Assembly (NCBI GenBank): GCA_051003195.1
Contig: JBPCLP010000017.1
Location: 41,228-105,227, forward strand
Source of the DNA: Candidatus Sumerlaeaceae bacterium
GTDB taxonomy: Bacteria; Sumerlaeota; Sumerlaeia; Sumerlaeales; Sumerlaeaceae
DNA: 64,000 nucleotides
Direction: 5' to 3'
The notes under the pieces are model-generated. The model was not told the origin of the DNA. It worked only from the letters and a program-made list of their open reading frames with translations, and did no database searches. The position numbers were made by a program, and so were the translations under genes. Of this stretch, positions 59,899 through 64,000 are shown in pieces (position 1 is the stretch's first letter; every line of letters begins with the position of its first letter).

Positions 59899-60516
59899 TT
59901 AACGACTCATCTCCTTCAGAAGCTCAACTCCCTGTTGCACCCGTCTTGAAATGGTCGAGTGATGCACATTTAAACGATCAGCAACTTCGCGGCTGTTAAG
60001 CCCATCCTGGCACGTGAGCTGCATTATCTCTGGAAGACTGGCTGGAAGCAGTCGCACCATATCCCGAAGCTCTTGCACTTGGCGTTGCTGTTCCATCCAC
60101 ACCGCACTCCCTTCGGTGTCATCCTGCGTTAACGTTTTTGATCCATCTTCGCTGTAGTCACGACGACAAACCTCACGTTCATTATAGCCTTTCATCCGGC
60201 GTGATTTGCGAAGCATGCGAAGCTGGATATACTTCCTCGCATCGAATCCCGCTTTTGGTACCAGAACGAGCTCACAAGCACCAGGACCAAGCCGGTAGTC
60301 CAACAGAAGCGGGCGTTCAGGGTGAGAGTTCCACAACCATCCGACCTTTAGAAGGTGGGTCACTGCCTCCAGTGCAGCAATCTCTGCCTGTTCTCCATGT
60401 CCGAGCACCCGTGATGAAATACGATAAGAATAAACGGCTGCTGCCGCGCCAAGTCGCTCCATCCGCTCCGTTGTCGGATCACTCAAATACGCTAAAAACA
60501 GGTCCTGCAGCATCAT
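59899..60516 (-). CDS. Divergent ECF-type sigma factor-like protein
   Basis: C-terminal region-4 HTH (LP...IMQL...DGLNSREVADRLN...TISRRV..G...L); degenerate region 2. Confidence 0.65.
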   Translation of the reverse strand: MMLQDLFLAYLSDPTTERMERLGAAAAVYSYRISSRVLGHGEQAEIAALEAVTHLLKVGWLWNSHPERPLLLDYRLGPGACELVLVPKAGFDARKYIQLRMLRKSRRMKGYNEREVCRRDYSEDGSKTLTQDDTEGSAVWMEQQRQVQELRDMVRLLPASLPEIMQLTCQDGLNSREVADRLNVHHSTISRRVQQGVELLKEMSR

Positions 60517-60695
60517 CGGCTCCCCCCTGCCAACTTTACTGGTGTCCCCAGCTTAGACGCCACAGCGGCAGAAGTGGATGACAATATCGCAAACTATTTT
60601 CAGGTTTTGTGCGACAAACCGCCTTCCTGGCGTGCTAAGTATATAGACGACACAGAAAGCCACCCCGCATCCACTCTTGTTCAGGTGCTCGAAAA

Positions 60696-62450
60696 ATGAA
60701 GCTTTTGCCTCTCGCTCTCTTTATCACAGTCGCCTCACTCCTGCATCACACCACATTCGCCGAGGACATCTCAGCTGCAAAAGCTGCGTTTGAAGCCCGC
60801 AACTACGCGGGCGCTGCGGCTGCTGCAGAACAGGTATTGTCCTCAGGCACCGCGCAGGAGAAGCCGGAAGCTGCAGCCCTCCTGCTCAAGGCACATCGTA
60901 ACCTGCCACAGCACGAGGAAGTCCTCGCGAACTATGATCAGTGCCTGACCGCTGCGCTCTCAACCGCGTTCGAATCTCAGGTCAAACTGGAGCGCGCCAA
61001 GAGCCTGCATGATAACGCCAGGGACACCACCGCTGCACTCGCCGCGTACAACGAAATTCTCAGCACCTACCCCAATGATGCCTACAGCGCCCCCGGCGCG
61101 CTATATGGCATCGGAATGCTGCAGGCCGGAGCACTCAAAATCCCTGCGAGCGCGCGCCAAACCTATGATCGCGTCATAACGGAGTTTCCAGCCTCCCATG
61201 TCGCCGGCAGTGCTGTTGTTGGTAAGGCGCGGCTGGCAGTGCCGCTCAAAGATATTACCGCACTCGAACAGGCCGAGGCGGCTCTCAATGGCATCCAGGC
61301 TAAGCCGAACATCCGGCAGGCCGTGCAGTTTGAACGCGGCGAGTATAACGCCAAGGTGCGCGGACCCGGCGCGCGACGTCACGCGGCCCGCGAATACCAG
61401 AAGACCTTCAAAGATTTTCCGGAACTCGCCCAGTCCGACATTGGCGCCATGGCGAAGCTGCGCGCAGCCGACAACTTCCCGATGGACGACTTCAACCAGT
61501 CGCTCGTGCTCTATAAAGAGGTCCTCGACAACTATCCCAAACTCGAAAACGCTCTCCGCGAGTGGGCGGCGCTCAACCATGCAACGATGCTGTATCAACT
61601 TGAGCGCGAACAGGAAGCCGCCGCTGCGCTGCAGTCTCTGATTGAGCAAAACCCCTCTTCAAAAATCAAGAGCGCTGCTCAGCAGTTGCTCACGGGCATT
61701 ACCGATCCGAACACCACCGAGGCGATGGTAGCGCTGTTCGATCGCGCCATTCGCTTCGAGCGTAGCGGGCGCCACTACGATCTTCTTTTCTGGGACATGC
61801 AGCGCATCATCACCAAGTCCCGCGAGCAGGAGTACCAGGACTACGTCACTAATCAGCAGGTCAGTAGCGAGCTGCGGGCCGACATGCGCTACCGGCTGGC
61901 TTACGCCTACTTCCACTCAGGCTATGGCGAAGAGGCAATGGATCTGGCCGGTAAAATCCTCGAGGAAGATTCACCCAGTCTCAACACGCGTGCACATTGC
62001 CTCTACCTTCGTGGCTTCCTGCTCGGGCGTATAAGCCAATGGACCGAGGCCGCCCAGGTCATGAAGCAGGTAATCGATGCTGACCCGGGATTCGCAATCC
62101 TCCGTAACGCCTATCTCGAATACTCGCGCGCACTCGACCTCTCGGGTGATCGACTTGGCGCTGCATTGGCGCTCGAAGAACTCGGGATCAGGTATCCGCT
62201 ATCTTACGAAAACGAACAGGCCAATATCCGCCGTCGCCACTTCGCCACCCGGGACCGCACGCTCGCAGTGCAAGTTGAGGCAATGCGGCCCGCGCTGATT
62301 GCGAAATTTAAACCGGTGGGCAAGGATGCCAGTCTGTTGCAAACCGGTATCGCCTGGACGCCACCCATAGGTTCGTACCCCGCTGCACCCTCGGCGGAAA
62401 CTTCCTATGCCAGTGCAGTGATCGAGCCGCGAATTGGGGGTGCGGAATAA
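60696..62450 (+). CDS. Secreted TPR-repeat protein
   Basis: Signal peptide; repeated Y..I...YP/FP TPR units. Confidence 0.8.
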   Translation: MKLLPLALFITVASLLHHTTFAEDISAAKAAFEARNYAGAAAAAEQVLSSGTAQEKPEAAALLLKAHRNLPQHEEVLANYDQCLTAALSTAFESQVKLERAKSLHDNARDTTAALAAYNEILSTYPNDAYSAPGALYGIGMLQAGALKIPASARQTYDRVITEFPASHVAGSAVVGKARLAVPLKDITALEQAEAALNGIQAKPNIRQAVQFERGEYNAKVRGPGARRHAAREYQKTFKDFPELAQSDIGAMAKLRAADNFPMDDFNQSLVLYKEVLDNYPKLENALREWAALNHATMLYQLEREQEAAAALQSLIEQNPSSKIKSAAQQLLTGITDPNTTEAMVALFDRAIRFERSGRHYDLLFWDMQRIITKSREQEYQDYVTNQQVSSELRADMRYRLAYAYFHSGYGEEAMDLAGKILEEDSPSLNTRAHCLYLRGFLLGRISQWTEAAQVMKQVIDADPGFAILRNAYLEYSRALDLSGDRLGAALALEELGIRYPLSYENEQANIRRRHFATRDRTLAVQVEAMRPALIAKFKPVGKDASLLQTGIAWTPPIGSYPAAPSAETSYASAVIEPRIGGAE

Positions 62451-64000
62451 TGAGGAACTCACTTCGCATACTCACAGCCGCCCGTATCGCTGCCGCACTG
62501 CTCACTATCGCAACCGCTTCTCAGTTTGCATTCGCGTCGACTTCAGGTAACGTTGGCCCGGATTGCGTAAACACGAACCCGCCGGACTGCCCGGAAGACA
62601 AGTGCTGTGAACCCTGCCCATGCGACACCGGCGAAGGTGGGCAGCGCTCTGGTCACAATACTGGTCAGTGCGTCACCGGCAACTGCTCGGAAGGCCCTGG
62701 TGGCCCCAGCATGACAACCCAGCTCATCGTCGGCAATAGAGGTAATGGGTATAGTTACAGTCCCTCAACGCTTGGCGAAATTGACCCCGGCCGGTTTATG
62801 GTCGTGGATCGTCGTGTCGACATGAATGTTGCCGCGGCAGGTCCCGGCGGCTTTCCCATGGCGCCCTCCCGCACTTACAATAACCTTACTATTAGCAACA
62901 GTGACAATATCGACGGGAAATCATGTTTGGGGCCATATTGGCACTTCAACTACGACATGGCCATCGAATGGAAATCCGGGACAACTGATCGGCTCCTGCG
63001 CATGTCCAATGGTGGCCATAACGTCCTGTTTCGCGATGCAACTGACCATAATTTGTGGACGAGCCGCGGCGACTATGGAGCCGCCGTTCGACTGGTCTAT
63101 GCCAGCGGGGTGTTTACCCTGACGCAGCCTGATCCGGGAATTGTATATACCTTCGACGTCGCTGGCAAGCTGATCAAAATTCGCGGGCACAACGGGCACA
63201 CACTCACGCTTACGCGGGACGTGAACCATGTGCTAACCCAAATCGACCTCGACCACGAAAACCCGTCCCTGGATGCTGACACGCGCTATCTCACCTTCCA
63301 CTACGACACCTTCACCACGTTCACATATCCGCAGACCGGCCTCTCCCTCAAGCGTCTTACCCGCATTACCGCATGGGATGGTTCATACCTTCAATACGGT
63401 TACGACACCTACGGCATGCTGCAAACCCTCGTCAACTCACGAGGCGAACTGGTGGATTTCCGCGGCAACGGCCCCGGCCCGTTCTACAATACCAATCAGC
63501 ATCCGCTGATGCTTGACGCCATAGGAAACGATGGCTCCAGGAAATTCGACGGAAGCGACCTGAGCGCCTACTATTACAAGCGTAGCTACTTGTACGGTGA
63601 GACGGGCGTTCTTTCGGAAGTCCGTGATGAGGACGACGAACTGCTGTATTATGTCGAATGGGAAGATAGCATTTCTGCCTACTTCAATACCGCCGTTCGC
63701 AAAGACGGCACGCGCGTTGTCCAGACGATGAATCACGCACGCGACCCAATGAGCATAGAAATTCAGGCCTGCGATGGCGCCAATTGCGAAGACAGCGGCG
63801 GAACGCTTTCCTATCGTACCCAGCAGTTCCTGATCGCCGCCGGTGGCGGGCGCGACTCCCAGCTTCCCAAGATCAAGGTCGACGACGGCGGGAGTACCAC
63901 AACATACTACTATCTCAACGAAGGTTCCACAACCGCGCCGATCTGGGATAAGATCCATGTCATGGCGATTGAAAAGGGCGACGGCAGCCGCACCGACTAC
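62450..64000 (+). CDS. RHS/YD-repeat protein with Sec signal and Cys-rich N-terminus (3' truncated; absent from ORF track)
   Basis: Manual translation open to the window end: MRNSLRIL...FAFA; 8 Cys; DUF6531-like RTYNN...LGPYWHFNYD; YTFD..GKL, YGYDTYGML. Confidence 0.85.
   Translation, partial: MRNSLRILTAARIAAALLTIATASQFAFASTSGNVGPDCVNTNPPDCPEDKCCEPCPCDTGEGGQRSGHNTGQCVTGNCSEGPGGPSMTTQLIVGNRGNGYSYSPSTLGEIDPGRFMVVDRRVDMNVAAAGPGGFPMAPSRTYNNLTISNSDNIDGKSCLGPYWHFNYDMAIEWKSGTTDRLLRMSNGGHNVLFRDATDHNLWTSRGDYGAAVRLVYASGVFTLTQPDPGIVYTFDVAGKLIKIRGHNGHTLTLTRDVNHVLTQIDLDHENPSLDADTRYLTFHYDTFTTFTYPQTGLSLKRLTRITAWDGSYLQYGYDTYGMLQTLVNSRGELVDFRGNGPGPFYNTNQHPLMLDAIGNDGSRKFDGSDLSAYYYKRSYLYGETGVLSEVRDEDDELLYYVEWEDSISAYFNTAVRKDGTRVVQTMNHARDPMSIEIQACDGANCEDSGGTLSYRTQQFLIAAGGGRDSQLPKIKVDDGGSTTTYYYLNEGSTTAPIWDKIHVMAIEKGDGSRTDY

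Noticed and set aside
59600..59902. 100-aa ORF in the track
   Set aside because: Low-complexity Arg/Pro-rich translation; a different frame looks more coding-like
1..64000. tRNA, rRNA or known riboswitch
   Set aside because: None recognised by eye in the intergenic regions; a covariance-model scan would be needed to exclude them

Overview
Bacterial chromosomal window of moderately high GC, possibly from a lineage such as Sumerlaeota/BRC1 or a PVC-like group (unverified impression). Bases 1-13.2 kb hold the S10-spc ribosomal cluster, rpsJ through secY-adk-map. It has an extra ORF between rpsC and rplP, and adk is frameshifted at an A9 run. About 27.7 kb of unrelated genes then separate map from infA: glycosylation genes with a degenerate WecA/MraY homologue, a GldAFG-like ABC module behind a highly structured leader, recF, ubiA-like, dacB, murD, purH, a two-gene microcompartment (BMC) satellite locus, REP-like palindromes and a D-aminoacylase. 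The infA-rpmJ-rpsM-rpsK-(insert)-rpsD-rpoA-rplQ block spans 40.9-45.1 kb. Directly after the rplQ terminator lies a four-helix-bundle cassette bounded by a 29-bp direct repeat, then a toxin-antitoxin-rich island and a circularly permuted ACP-like membrane protein. Next come argH, surface-glycan genes and prmA, and at the right end a divergent ECF-like sigma / TPR / Sec-signal RHS locus running off the window. No tRNA, rRNA, CRISPR array or integrase was seen. Family assignments come from motif recognition, not database searches.
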